Shown here: in pieces, positions 41,543-54,688 of the stretch
Layout of the letters: every line of letters starts with the position of its first letter
How positions within the stretch are numbered: the first letter of the stretch is position 1
Assembly (NCBI GenBank): GCA_963666425.2
Contig: OY762825.2
Location: forward strand, 1,056,001 to 1,120,000
From: Bacillota bacterium
Lineage (GTDB): Bacteria > Bacillota > JAAYKD01
Direction of reading: 5' to 3'
Length of the DNA: 64,000 nucleotides
The notes under the pieces: generated by a model
What the model was told of the DNA's origin: nothing
The model's database searches: none
What the model saw: only the letters and a program-made list of their open reading frames with translations
Made by a program: the position numbers and the translations under genes

Positions 41543-41819
41543 TCTTGATTAAAAATTACTTATGCATCATCTCTATTCGCCAATGCAACAGAGAATACCG
41601 GATACGCAAGCATTATACCCCAAATGAGCACCGAACGCAATCAGAGTTTCGGTTTAGATGAGCCTGTGTGAATCTGTTGTTTTACTGTATTCCTAAAATC
41701 TTTCGCGATTCGGATCCTGGGTGTTAAAGCCCCTCTTCTCCACCCCTGACATTCATCCTAACGTTTCGGTGCAGCCTAGAGCTTCATAACTAAAGTCAGG
41801 TTCTCCGAGAAGAGGTTAA

Positions 41820-42133
41820 CCACAACTTTCGTCAGTTCCTGCTCCGCAGCAATAAAAAGGTTTTGGCAGAGGCTCTTTTTAGTGGTAATGGGCTACCGCA
41901 TCAACAAATTGCACAACAAGATTCAACAAAATCGCACCGGCAGACAATTGTTTAAAAAACTTACGGCTTAACAATAGTAAAAATCAGAATATTTCCTGTT
42001 TTGGAGTGAGATTTTGTCTGACCTTTCTATTTTTGTCTGCTATTTTTCATATTAGCTTGTTTTTCGTTTGTGGAAAACGGGACTGTAGCAAAAAAAAGGG
42101 ACTGTAGCAATTTTTGTTTTGCTACAGTCCCTG
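41820..42133 (+). mobile_element. IS1182-family transposase C-terminal remnant and right end
   Basis: Translates to HNFRQFLLRSNKKVLAEALLVVMGYRINKLHNKIQQNRTGRQLFKKLTA*; ends TTTTGCTACAGTCCCT. Confidence 0.75.
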
Positions 42134-42245
42134 CTTATATGCAGAATAGACCAATAGGTTCAATAGCTGCAGTTATCCGCTGCCAGCTGATGCGATACAA
42201 ATTCGTGAGCAGTATCATATTAAACTATCTAGTCTATAGGTGTGT

Positions 42246-45080
<2,835 letters not shown>

Positions 45081-45091
<11 letters not shown>

Positions 45092-45851
45092 AGTTTTTCT
45101 CCGCTTTGGTGATAATGCTCAAGAATTCTTCAGCCATTAAACAGGCTCCACCCACCAAAGCCCCATCAATCTCCGGCTGCAGCATATACTCAAGAATATT
45201 ACCGGCTTTCACGCTGCCTCCATAGAGAATCCGAATTTCTGCAGCCCAGCGATTGCCAAATACGCTGGCACAAGCTTCGCGAATAGCCGCAATCATTGCA
45301 TTTGCCATGGAAGCGCTGCAATTCTTGCCGGTTCCAATCGCCCAAATTGGTTCGTAAGCGATAATTATCTGCTCCGGCTTCAATTCAGCTAAATCACCGA
45401 TGACGTGAACCACTTGGTTTATGACAAATTGCGTCGCTTTACCAGCCTCCCGAATCGCAAGGCTTTCACCTACACAGAGCACAGGTACCAGCTCGCTGGC
45501 TAACGCCGCCTTTACTTTCTCCTGCACAAAGTCATCCGTTTCTGCCAGGAGTGTTCGGCGCTCGCTATGCCCAACCAATACATATTGACAACCGGCTGCT
45601 TTCAGCATGGGGGCTGAAATTTCGCCTGTATAAGCACCCGAATCGACCGGATAAACATTTTGCGCTCCGATTGACCAGTTCGTCTTGGGCAGGATCAGCG
45701 CAGACTGTGGAATCATCAGGTAGGGAGGGCAAATCACCGCTTCTACTTGGCCGGACAATTCAGCCGCAGCCAAGGCTTGCAAAAGATCAAGCGCTGACGT
45801 TGCAGCAGGATTCATTTTCCAGTTTCCGATAATCAAAGGCTTTCTCATCAT
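45081..45851 (-). CDS. tpiA: Triosephosphate isomerase
   Basis: GNWKMN, GHSERR, AYEPIWAIGTG, YGGSV. Confidence 0.98.
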
Positions 45852-45857
45852 AACACC

Positions 45858-47039
45858 TTAACGATCCAGCAGACAGGCGACACCGGGCAGAATCTTACCT
45901 TCTAAAAATTCTAGAGAGGCTCCGCCACCGGTAGAAATATGCGTCATAGCGGCTGCAAAACCAGCTTTTTCGACGGCGGCAGCAGAATCGCCTCCACCAA
46001 TAATGGAAATAGCAGAGGATTCTGCAATTGCTTTCGCAACAGCAAAGGTGCCGGCAGAGAATTGATCAATTTCAAACACACCCATCGGTCCGTTCCAAAT
46101 CACCGTTCCGGCATGAGCTAAAACCTGAGCAAAGGAAGCTACTGTGAGTGGACCGATATCGAGTGCCATTTCATTGTCAGCGATCGCATTTGGCAAGACC
46201 ACTCTGGCTACAGCATCAGCCGATAGCGCGGTCGCCACGACCAAATCCTGCGGCAGCATTAACGCTACTTTTTTCTCCACTGCTTTGGCCATAATCTCCT
46301 GGGCTACTTCTACTTTGTCCGCTTCCACCAGAGAAGCCCCCATCCTGATTCCTTTGGCCAAGAGGAACGTATTCGCCATGCCGCCACCAATGATCAATCC
46401 ATCCACCTTATCAAGCAAGTTCATCAAGACAGCAATTTTATCTGATACTTTTGCTCCCCCAATCACTGCAATAAAAGGCCGCTTGGGCTGTTCCAGCGCC
46501 ATACCCAAATACTCCAGTTCCTTCTCCATTAAAAGCCCGGCACCGGCAGGCAGATACTTTGCTACCCCAACCGTAGTAGCATGAGCACGATGGGCAGCAC
46601 CAAAGGCATCATTGATAAAAAGATCAGCATAAGAAGCCAACTCTTGAGCCAAGGCGTCTTCATTCAGTTCCTCACCAGGATGAAAACGACTGTTCTCCAA
46701 TAAAAGCACTTCGCCGGATTTTAAGTCAGCTGTAGCTTGTTTTGCGATTGGACCCACAAATTCCCGACAATATTGCACCGGCAGTTTCAGCAGTTCTTCC
46801 AGTCGTTCAGCAATTTTATTTAGACGATATTTTTCATTGATTTTCCCCTTCGGACGTCCAAAATGGCTGGTAAGGATAACGGCAGCGTGATGCTCCAGTA
46901 AATACTGTATGGTAGGTAAAGCGCCACGGATTCTGGCATCATTGCTGATTTCACCCTGCTCATCGGTCGGAACATTAAAGTCCACTCTCACCAAAACCTT
47001 TTTTCCAGTTACATCAAAATCACGAACTGTTTTTTTCAA
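45858..47039 (-). CDS. pgk: Phosphoglycerate kinase
   Basis: RVDFNVP, GGAKVSDK, HISTGGGASLE. Confidence 0.98.
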   Translation of the reverse strand: MKKTVRDFDVTGKKVLVRVDFNVPTDEQGEISNDARIRGALPTIQYLLEHHAAVILTSHFGRPKGKINEKYRLNKIAERLEELLKLPVQYCREFVGPIAKQATADLKSGEVLLLENSRFHPGEELNEDALAQELASYADLFINDAFGAAHRAHATTVGVAKYLPAGAGLLMEKELEYLGMALEQPKRPFIAVIGGAKVSDKIAVLMNLLDKVDGLIIGGGMANTFLLAKGIRMGASLVEADKVEVAQEIMAKAVEKKVALMLPQDLVVATALSADAVARVVLPNAIADNEMALDIGPLTVASFAQVLAHAGTVIWNGPMGVFEIDQFSAGTFAVAKAIAESSAISIIGGGDSAAAVEKAGFAAAMTHISTGGGASLEFLEGKILPGVACLLDR

Positions 47040-47165
47040 AACGATTAATCCTCCTTACTGAAGTTTAAAAAACAAAGCGGCTCCTGCATAAGCCGCCTTG
47101 TCCTTATTTCTTACTGCTTCACCGCTAAAGTAAAATCCGCTCTCTCTGGCCGCGGTACGTCAATC

Positions 47166-48170
47166 TTATAAACCTTGGCGGGCAATAAAGGCAGCCATGT
47201 CGCATAAACGGCAGGTATAACCCCATTCATTATCATACCAAGCCAGCACTTTCACTTGATTGCTGCCCATAACCATCGTTAAAGGTGCATCGACAATCGC
47301 ACTGTAATTGGTACCTTTCAGATCGATGGAAACGATCGGATCGTGACTGACCGTCAAAATACCTTTCATCTCGCCCGCAGCAGCTTCTTCAAAAGCCGCA
47401 TTGACGGATTCTACGCTGACAGGTTTTAGGGTATCCACTACCAAATCGACAATAGAAACAGTAGGAGTGGGAACGCGCAAAGCTAAACCATCCATCTTTC
47501 CCTTTAACACAGGTAAGACGGAGGCCAGCGCTTTTGTAGCACCACTGGTCGTTGGAATGATGGATAGGGCTGCAGCACGGGCTCTTCTTAAATCCTTATG
47601 AGACTTATCCAAGATATTCTGATCATTGGTATAAGAGTGAATCGTAGTCATAAAACCTTTTTCAATTCCGAATTTATCCTGCAGCACTTTCGCTACCGGA
47701 GCTAAACAGTTGGTAGTGCAGGATGCATTGGAAATGAGATAATGATTTTTAGGATCATACATCTCTTCGTTGACTCCCATTACCAAAGTGACATCCTCAT
47801 GCTTGCCGGGTGCCGATAAAAGAACTTTCTTTACGCCAACTTGCTGATATAAAAGCGCCTTTTGCTTCTCCGTAAATTTACCGGTACAATCGATCACCAA
47901 TTCAACGCCTAAATCCGCCCAAGGTAAATTCTGAGGTTCTTTTTCTTGCGAATAACGGATTTCTTTATGATTGATGATCATCATGTTAGGTTTCGTTTCA
48001 ACTGTACCATTCCATGTACCATAGCTGGAATCATACTTAAATAAATAAGCTGAACTCTCAACCGGACCGTTGCTGTTGATGGCAACCAGTTGAATATCCG
48101 AACTGTCTACCAGCATGCGAGTTGCCAGACGTCCTATTCGTCCAAAACCGTTGATGGCGACTTTAACCAT
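47166..48170 (-). CDS. gap: Type I glyceraldehyde-3-phosphate dehydrogenase
   Basis: INGFGRIGR, SNASCTTNCLAP, WYDNEWGY. Confidence 0.98.
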   Translation of the reverse strand: MVKVAINGFGRIGRLATRMLVDSSDIQLVAINSNGPVESSAYLFKYDSSYGTWNGTVETKPNMMIINHKEIRYSQEKEPQNLPWADLGVELVIDCTGKFTEKQKALLYQQVGVKKVLLSAPGKHEDVTLVMGVNEEMYDPKNHYLISNASCTTNCLAPVAKVLQDKFGIEKGFMTTIHSYTNDQNILDKSHKDLRRARAAALSIIPTTSGATKALASVLPVLKGKMDGLALRVPTPTVSIVDLVVDTLKPVSVESVNAAFEEAAAGEMKGILTVSHDPIVSIDLKGTNYSAIVDAPLTMVMGSNQVKVLAWYDNEWGYTCRLCDMAAFIARQGL

Positions 48171-48382
48171 AGTGAATAACCCCTTTCTGATTGTGAAATG
48201 AACTATATTATATCAATTCGCTTTTTAGTAGTAAAATCCTCTTTTCAAAACGTATAATGTACTGTATATTCGAGTTGGGATATGCATTCTTTTAGGGTTA
48301 TGACATCATAAATAATATAAACCTCAGATAAAATCTTTGCAGGATAGATAACAGAAGAGAAAATTGCTGTTTTTTGTACAAT

Positions 48383-48423
48383 AAAAAACTGTCCTGCTTT
48401 TATAAAAAGCAGGACAGTTTTTT
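48383..48423 (-). terminator. Terminator of membrane operon copy 1
   Basis: AAAAACTGTCCTGCTTTT-ata-AAAAGCAGGACAGTTTTT directly after the stop codon. Confidence 0.85.
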
Positions 48424-48426
48424 GAA

Positions 48427-49074
48427 TTATACCTTTAGCAAATGGAGCCAATCACCAAACAGGAAGGTCAAACGACCGATCAACAGAGAAATACGAGCCA
48501 TAACGGTATTACCGAATGATGCGCCGAAGCCGATCATAATCGCGATACGGCCCCAATTGGCTGCATATTTGAAAACACCTTTGCGTTCGATCGTAAAGAA
48601 GAAGTAAATCAGAACGCCAAGAACAATCGTGACAAAGAGTATATTGTTGAAACTGTTCCAAATATCCAAACTGCCTTTGGTCATCACAACCAACGGTTTG
48701 ATGGACTGGGTCATCTGGGTGAAGAACGGGATAACCTGACGAGCGGATAACACCAAAGCGGCGTTATAACCAATCCAAAAGGCCATCGGGATACGAGCGA
48801 TCCAAGCATACGGACGATACATATTGAAGTAAATCAAAAGACCGATAACCATCGGGATAATTTCCCACCAAGTGCCGGCTGTCGGCATCGAGGTGATGGC
48901 AGGTTTTACGGTGTTGTTCCAGGTGGTAACAATACCATGTGCCGCAGAGGTACCAACATACAGATGCTCGGCAATACGATAAATCGGATTTTCTTTATAC
49001 AGTATCGAAAACAACATCAGGGTTACTAAGGCAGAAAGCCAATTTCCCAGTGTCGGAGTTAAAATAGCTTGCAT
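48427..49074 (-). CDS. Uncharacterised polytopic membrane protein (subunit D, copy 1)
   Basis: 215 aa from MQAIL after GGAGGTG; about 6 hydrophobic segments; paralog at 52497. Confidence 0.85.
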   Translation of the reverse strand: MQAILTPTLGNWLSALVTLMLFSILYKENPIYRIAEHLYVGTSAAHGIVTTWNNTVKPAITSMPTAGTWWEIIPMVIGLLIYFNMYRPYAWIARIPMAFWIGYNAALVLSARQVIPFFTQMTQSIKPLVVMTKGSLDIWNSFNNILFVTIVLGVLIYFFFTIERKGVFKYAANWGRIAIMIGFGASFGNTVMARISLLIGRLTFLFGDWLHLLKV

Positions 49075-49093
49075 TATGAAAGTCACCTCCTAA

Positions 49094-49930
49094 TTATTTT
49101 ACTTCTCCTGCTTTTCTCGCTGCGAAGTAACCAATATTACCCAAAATCAAGAACAGAATGATAACAACATGTCCCATTGATTGAGAGTCCATACCGCCAG
49201 TAGCAGCACCCAATTTTCCGGCAATTTTCTCTAAATAGGCAGCACCGGAAAGTCCGGAGACATTACCTTTGAGTAAGCCGGCTTGATAGTAATTGGTCAT
49301 CGTCGGAGTATTGACAGCCACAGAGGAACTAACGATTGGAACACTCTCAGTGGAATTCCATTGTTGAATCCAGGCGGTCGGACCGGGATCGCCGGAATTG
49401 AAAGTAACAACACAGGTAAAGTCTTTTGCCTTGGTTACATTCTTCATCATTGGGATTGTAGTTAATTTAGCACCGTTGGCATCAACACCGCCATTGCAGG
49501 CGCCATATAAGTCAGTTCTGGACTGTTCCAAGAAAGACTGATAGCTTGGCTGATAACCAAGGTTGCAATAATCAACGCCATATTCGGCCTTGTATTCGGT
49601 AGTAATCGGATCTCCCCAGATCTTGGCAAAGCTATTTCCTTCAGCCCATAAAGCGATAAAATAAACTTTGTGGCCAAGTTCAAATGATTTTCTCACCAAA
49701 ACATCAAAAGCCGGTTTTAATTCGGTAATACCGGAAGCAGATGTGTCGAGAGAATACAATATCTTAGATCCTGCAGGCAAACTGGTTATGTAGTCGTAGG
49801 CTGCTTGGGTTGGTTCATCGGAAGGAACCGGCAAACCCAAAGGATAAAACATGGGAATGGCAATTGCCAGAACCATGATGATATACAGAACACGACGGTC
49901 GATCCCCATTAATCTTTTATACCACGGCAT
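49094..49930 (-). CDS. Uncharacterised protein, TM-soluble domain-TM (subunit C, copy 1)
   Basis: 278 aa, AGGAGG RBS; paralog at 53164. Confidence 0.85.
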   Translation of the reverse strand: MPWYKRLMGIDRRVLYIIMVLAIAIPMFYPLGLPVPSDEPTQAAYDYITSLPAGSKILYSLDTSASGITELKPAFDVLVRKSFELGHKVYFIALWAEGNSFAKIWGDPITTEYKAEYGVDYCNLGYQPSYQSFLEQSRTDLYGACNGGVDANGAKLTTIPMMKNVTKAKDFTCVVTFNSGDPGPTAWIQQWNSTESVPIVSSSVAVNTPTMTNYYQAGLLKGNVSGLSGAAYLEKIAGKLGAATGGMDSQSMGHVVIILFLILGNIGYFAARKAGEVK

Positions 49931-49968
49931 ATTGATTGTGCCTCCTTTTTGTTATTACAGCGAGTCGA

Positions 49969-50592
49969 TTATTCTGCCATATAACCACGTTCGATACCGA
50001 ACAGGTTACGAGCACCTTGTGCGAATGCACCAAGAGCTACACCAAGAGAAACGGCACGAATTACCGGTGTGTTGAAGTAGTTCATGATCCAAACTTTCGC
50101 CTGCGGTAAAACAGGTGAAATCGCAGAACCAATGGATGTGCCGCCCAACATTACGATGCAGGCAGATAAGAGAAGCGCTGTCGCTTCCAAACTGCGAGCG
50201 CGGAATGCACGGTAGGCTGCTGAGCCAATATAGAAGCACAGCAATGCAAAAACGGTGGAACCGCCGGTTACAGCAGTGTTCTGGTAGAACCAGTTATAAG
50301 TAACACTGTTATGGCCGCCCGGTAAAGTAACGCCCAAAACCATCAACAAGACAAAACCAAAGATCAGAATCAGACTGTTAATCCAGCCGTCGCGTCTACG
50401 GGCAACTCTGTGCCAATGCACACGCATCAAGGAAATACCACCCAAAGCAATGGCCGTTGCGACGGACAAAGTCTGGCTGCGAACCAAATAGTTCTGAACT
50501 AATGTGTTGAAAGCCGGTGAAATGAAGATATCTTTTAGTATAACGATCAAACCAGTCACCAATGTGATTACCATCGGCAATGTTCTACGCAT
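49969..50592 (-). CDS. Uncharacterised polytopic membrane protein (subunit B, copy 1)
   Basis: 207 aa, about 6 hydrophobic segments, SAAYRAFRARS motif. Confidence 0.85.
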   Translation of the reverse strand: MRRTLPMVITLVTGLIVILKDIFISPAFNTLVQNYLVRSQTLSVATAIALGGISLMRVHWHRVARRRDGWINSLILIFGFVLLMVLGVTLPGGHNSVTYNWFYQNTAVTGGSTVFALLCFYIGSAAYRAFRARSLEATALLLSACIVMLGGTSIGSAISPVLPQAKVWIMNYFNTPVIRAVSLGVALGAFAQGARNLFGIERGYMAE

Positions 50593-50621
50593 AGATTACA
50601 CCTCCTGTTGTTAGTTTCTCT

Positions 50622-51476
50622 TTAATACAGTTTCAATAAATCCATGATCACATTCGTTTTCACGCCTGTGAAGGAACCAATCGTTGCCGCGATAACGCCG
50701 AGAACGATGATGATCAAGGTGAATTGTTTTCCCCAGTCCTGAACGACAATAGTTGCCAAGCGGACTCTGTCCTGACCTAAGTAAGCACCGGCAACGTAGA
50801 TTTCTTCACCAATCAAGCAATAGTCGCAAGCAACGATGAAGAAAGGAGTCTGGCTGGTAGAACTGGTAGCTGCGACCTGAATCGCGCCTGCCTGGTTGCC
50901 GGCTTCGGCGAATACCAAAGATTCAGCATAGAACAGACCGAACATAACCAGAGCAGCAACGCCTTCACGGTTCATGATACCGACTACGCCGGCGGCATAA
51001 CCGAATTGGTCATTGGTTAAGAAACGAACATCATCTTCACGATACGCATCCGGTTTGCCCACTTCAAAATAAGCGGCGCGAACAACGGATTCGGTAATCG
51101 GCTGGACAGACGGTGTACGGTTGCAGACGATCATACGAGCGTCGTATTTCGCAATCAATTTGGCGACATGGCCCAATACGTTGAAAGAGGCTAAGGTATC
51201 AGCAGAGGTTAAGTCACCAATACCAGGGCTATACAGAACGGGACGGCCCATTTCTGTTGCACGGCCAACTACTTCGTCAACGGCATCCAAACCGGCAATC
51301 CGGCGAACCTTCGGAATCGCACCTCCGGTGCGGGCTTTCTTTACCATGAGCAGCAGTGCCGCAACATAAATGATCAAGAAAAGTGTAGATGACAAACCGA
51401 GATTTCCATTGCTGTACAGCCATTTGGAAAAGAACGGTTTGATTGAAGTTGCAATATTTTGCATAAACGGTGTCAT
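50622..51476 (-). CDS. DUF6754-like protein (subunit A, copy 1)
   Basis: 284 aa from MTPFM after AGGAGGTG; RRIAGLDAVDEVVGRATEMGRP and PFF..ACDY.LIGEEIY.AGAYL motifs as I recall them for DUF6754. Confidence 0.8.
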   Translation of the reverse strand: MTPFMQNIATSIKPFFSKWLYSNGNLGLSSTLFLIIYVAALLLMVKKARTGGAIPKVRRIAGLDAVDEVVGRATEMGRPVLYSPGIGDLTSADTLASFNVLGHVAKLIAKYDARMIVCNRTPSVQPITESVVRAAYFEVGKPDAYREDDVRFLTNDQFGYAAGVVGIMNREGVAALVMFGLFYAESLVFAEAGNQAGAIQVAATSSTSQTPFFIVACDYCLIGEEIYVAGAYLGQDRVRLATIVVQDWGKQFTLIIIVLGVIAATIGSFTGVKTNVIMDLLKLY

Positions 51477-51758
51477 AAGTTTGCACCTCCTGTAAGATTT
51501 TACAATGTATTGAATAAAATAAACAGATGATAACATGATATACTGGAAAGTTTGAAAGAGAATTTTTGTTTGATCAATGCCGCCTTTACTTTCACCTCCC
51601 TGACAACACGTCTGTATGCGATTTTCAAAAACAATAATAAGATCGGCAATTTAGAAAATATCTACCAATTTTATGAATTGTTTTTGATACTTAGATAAAT
51701 ATGACGCAACCATGAATTTTCTACAATGATTTACGCAGCAATATCTAAGAACGCGCTT

Positions 51759-51787
51759 ATAATAAGCCATAAATCAAAATCTGTCAA
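51759..51787 (-). promoter_or_regulatory. Sigma-A promoter of operon copy 1
   Basis: TTGACA-17 nt-TATTAT. Confidence 0.65.
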
Positions 51788-52421
51788 ACTATTTTTTTCA
51801 AATTTTCTGCCATCTTTTATTTAATCTTTGTGAAACGCCTAAAACCTTCATATTCATTCAATATATTTGATTTATGAGAATTATTGCTCTTTTACATAAA
51901 ATATTCATAATATTTTAGCTATTTTATTCACATTAAGCGGTTACTGTTTTCGAATTTTTCGATATACTTCATTTCATTTTAAAAGATTTATATTCGTTTC
52001 ATGTCACCATATGATCCGAAAAAATGTTTATTATCAATATTTTGTAATAACTATGATATTTACGCGTGAATATATGCTTTAAATTGATAGTAGCATCAAA
52101 TTGATAGAATTTGATTATTTACCTCTAGATGGCAAATTCTCAATAATATATTAAGACAACAGCTACAAAGTAAAAACATGTTGCTGTTGTTCGCTTTTTC
52201 TGCTTTAACAGACTCATTCGTTGAGCAAACCGATGATATCTACAATAAATTAATAGCAAAATCACTATTCGCATTGGATAAATCGTATTTGTCCACTAAA
52301 AAACCAGATTAAGACCCGAACTGGTTTTTTCATAAGCCAATCAGACAAGTAAAACGATATTTGCTTTATCCTTCAGACTTTTTCAATCGTTTCTCCTGTC
52401 TGGTGAGTAACAGTACAACAT

Positions 52422-52469
52422 AAAAAAGCCCCTTAATCAAAAGATTGCTCTTTTAACTAAGGGGTTTTT
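52422..52469 (-). terminator. Terminator of membrane operon copy 2
   Basis: AAAAAAGCCCCTTA..AAAAGA..TCTTTT..TAAGGGGTTTTT. Confidence 0.75.
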
Positions 52470-52496
52470 GATCATTTAATGCTGCAATTTACTCGA

Positions 52497-53144
52497 TTAT
52501 ACTTTCAGTAAATGGAGCCAGTCGCCAAACAGGAACGTCAAACGACCGATTAATAAGGAAATACGAGCCATAACGGTATTACCGAATGATGCGCCAAAAC
52601 CGATCATGATAGCGATACGGCCCCAGTTGGCTGCATATTTGAAAACACCTTTGCGCTCGATGGTAAAGAAGAAGTAAATCAAAACACCCAAGACAATGGT
52701 GACAAAGAGGATATTGTTGAAGCTCAACCACCAGTCAAAATTACCCTTTGTCATTACAACCAATGGTTTGATGGACTGGGTCATCTGGGTGAAGAACGGA
52801 ATAACCTGACGGGCGGATAACACCAAAGCGGCGTTATAACCAATCCAGAAGGCCATCGGAATACGGGCAATCCAGGCATACGGACGATACATGTTGAAGT
52901 AAATCAAAAGTCCGATTACCATCGGGATAATTTCCCACCAGGTGCCGGCTGTCGGCATCGAGGTAATGGCAGGCTTTACGGTGTTGTTCCAAGTAGTGAC
53001 AATACCATGAGCCGCTGAGGTGCCAACATATAGATGCTCTGCAATACGGTAAATCGGATTTTCTTTATACAGTATGGAAAACAACATCAGGGTTATTAAG
53101 GCCGAGAGCCAATTTCCCAGTGTTGGAGTAAGGATAGCTGCCAT
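52497..53144 (-). CDS. Uncharacterised polytopic membrane protein (subunit D, copy 2)
   Basis: 215 aa; 6 substitutions versus copy 1. Confidence 0.85.
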   Translation of the reverse strand: MAAILTPTLGNWLSALITLMLFSILYKENPIYRIAEHLYVGTSAAHGIVTTWNNTVKPAITSMPTAGTWWEIIPMVIGLLIYFNMYRPYAWIARIPMAFWIGYNAALVLSARQVIPFFTQMTQSIKPLVVMTKGNFDWWLSFNNILFVTIVLGVLIYFFFTIERKGVFKYAANWGRIAIMIGFGASFGNTVMARISLLIGRLTFLFGDWLHLLKV

Positions 53145-53163
53145 TTTTCAAGTCACCTCCTGT

Positions 53164-54000
53164 TTATTTAACCGCGCCTGCTTTTCTGGCTGCGAAGTAA
53201 CCAATGTTACCCAAGACTAAGAACAGAATAATAATGACATGGCCCATCGATTGTGAGTCCATACCACCGGTAGCGGATCCTAATTTGCCGGATAATTTCT
53301 CAATATAAGCAGCGCCGGCTAAACCGCCGACATTACCTTTCAGTAAACCGGCTTGGAAATAATTCTCCATGGTCGGTGTGGATACTGAGGTGCAGGCTGA
53401 AAGGATCGGAACACTTTCGGTTGCATTCCACTGTTGAATCCAAGCGGTCGGACCGGGATCACCGGTGTTGTAAGACATAACAGCGTCAAAATCTTTTGCT
53501 TTTGTTACGTTCTTCATCATCGGGAAGGTGCTCAGCTTGGCGCCGTTGGCATCAATGCCACCGTTGCAGGCAGTATACAAATCTGTTCTGGATTGCTCCA
53601 ACCAAGATTGATAACTGACCATGTAACCTAATTTAATATAGTTCACACCGTAAACAGCCTTATATTCCTCGGCAATTGGGTCCATCCAGATAGAACCAAG
53701 GTTATTGCCCTCAGCCCATAAAGCCATAATAAATACATTATGACCTAATTCAAAAGACCTTCTGGCCAGAACATCTGCGGTCGGTTTTAATTCAGTTAAG
53801 CCGGATGCAGATAAGTCAAAGGAATACAGTACATTCGATCCTGCTGGCAGGTTGGAAATATAATCCCAAGTAGACTGAGTGGCAGCATCAGGCGGTACCG
53901 GCAAACCTATCGGGGAAAACATGGGAAAGGTAATCCCGACGGCTAAAATAATGTATAGAATACGACGGTCAATCCCCATTAATCTTTTATACCACGGCAT
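53164..54000 (-). CDS. Uncharacterised protein, TM-soluble domain-TM (subunit C, copy 2)
   Basis: 278 aa from MPWYK; about 72 substitutions versus copy 1. Confidence 0.85.
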   Translation of the reverse strand: MPWYKRLMGIDRRILYIILAVGITFPMFSPIGLPVPPDAATQSTWDYISNLPAGSNVLYSFDLSASGLTELKPTADVLARRSFELGHNVFIMALWAEGNNLGSIWMDPIAEEYKAVYGVNYIKLGYMVSYQSWLEQSRTDLYTACNGGIDANGAKLSTFPMMKNVTKAKDFDAVMSYNTGDPGPTAWIQQWNATESVPILSACTSVSTPTMENYFQAGLLKGNVGGLAGAAYIEKLSGKLGSATGGMDSQSMGHVIIILFLVLGNIGYFAARKAGAVK

Positions 54001-54035
54001 ATTGATTGTGCCTCCTTTCATTTGTAAACGAGCAC

Positions 54036-54659
54036 TTATTCTGCCATATAACCACGTTCGATACCGAACAGGTTACGAGCACCTTGTGCGAATGCACCAA
54101 GAGCTACACCAAGAGAAACGGCACGGATTACCGGTGTATTGAAGTAGTTCATGATCCATACTTTAATCTGCGGTAAAGCCGGAGAAATCGCAGAACCAAT
54201 GGATGTGCCGCCCAACATTACAAAACAGGCAGATAAGAGAAGCGCTGTCGCTTCCAAGCTGCGGGCGCGGAATGCACGGTAGGCTGCCGAACCAATGTAG
54301 AAGCACAATAAAGAGAAAACAGTGGAACCGCCCGACACGGCAGTATTCTGATAGAACCAGTTATAAGTAACACTGTTATGGCCGCCCGGTAAAGTAACGC
54401 CCAGAACCATCAACAAGACAAAACCAAAAATCAGAATAACGCTGTTGATCCAGCCGTCACGTCTGCGGGTAACTCTGTGCCAATGCACACGCATCAAGGA
54501 AATACCACCCAAAGCAATGGCCGTTGCGACGGACAAAGTCTGGCTGCGAACCAAATACTGCTGAACTAAAGTATTGAAGGTTGGGGAAATAAAGATATCC
54601 TTCAGTATAACGATGATACCAGTCACCAATGTGATTACCATCGGCAATGTTCTACGCAT
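54036..54659 (-). CDS. Uncharacterised polytopic membrane protein (subunit B, copy 2)
   Basis: 207 aa; 10 substitutions versus copy 1. Confidence 0.85.
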   Translation of the reverse strand: MRRTLPMVITLVTGIIVILKDIFISPTFNTLVQQYLVRSQTLSVATAIALGGISLMRVHWHRVTRRRDGWINSVILIFGFVLLMVLGVTLPGGHNSVTYNWFYQNTAVSGGSTVFSLLCFYIGSAAYRAFRARSLEATALLLSACFVMLGGTSIGSAISPALPQIKVWIMNYFNTPVIRAVSLGVALGAFAQGARNLFGIERGYMAE

Positions 54660-54688
54660 AGATTACACCTCCTGTTGTTAGTTTCTCT

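Noticed and set aside
51498-51602. GGGAGGTG and a short ORF in the leader of operon copy 1
   Set aside because: No start codon sits at usable spacing from the RBS, and it is not conserved in copy 2.
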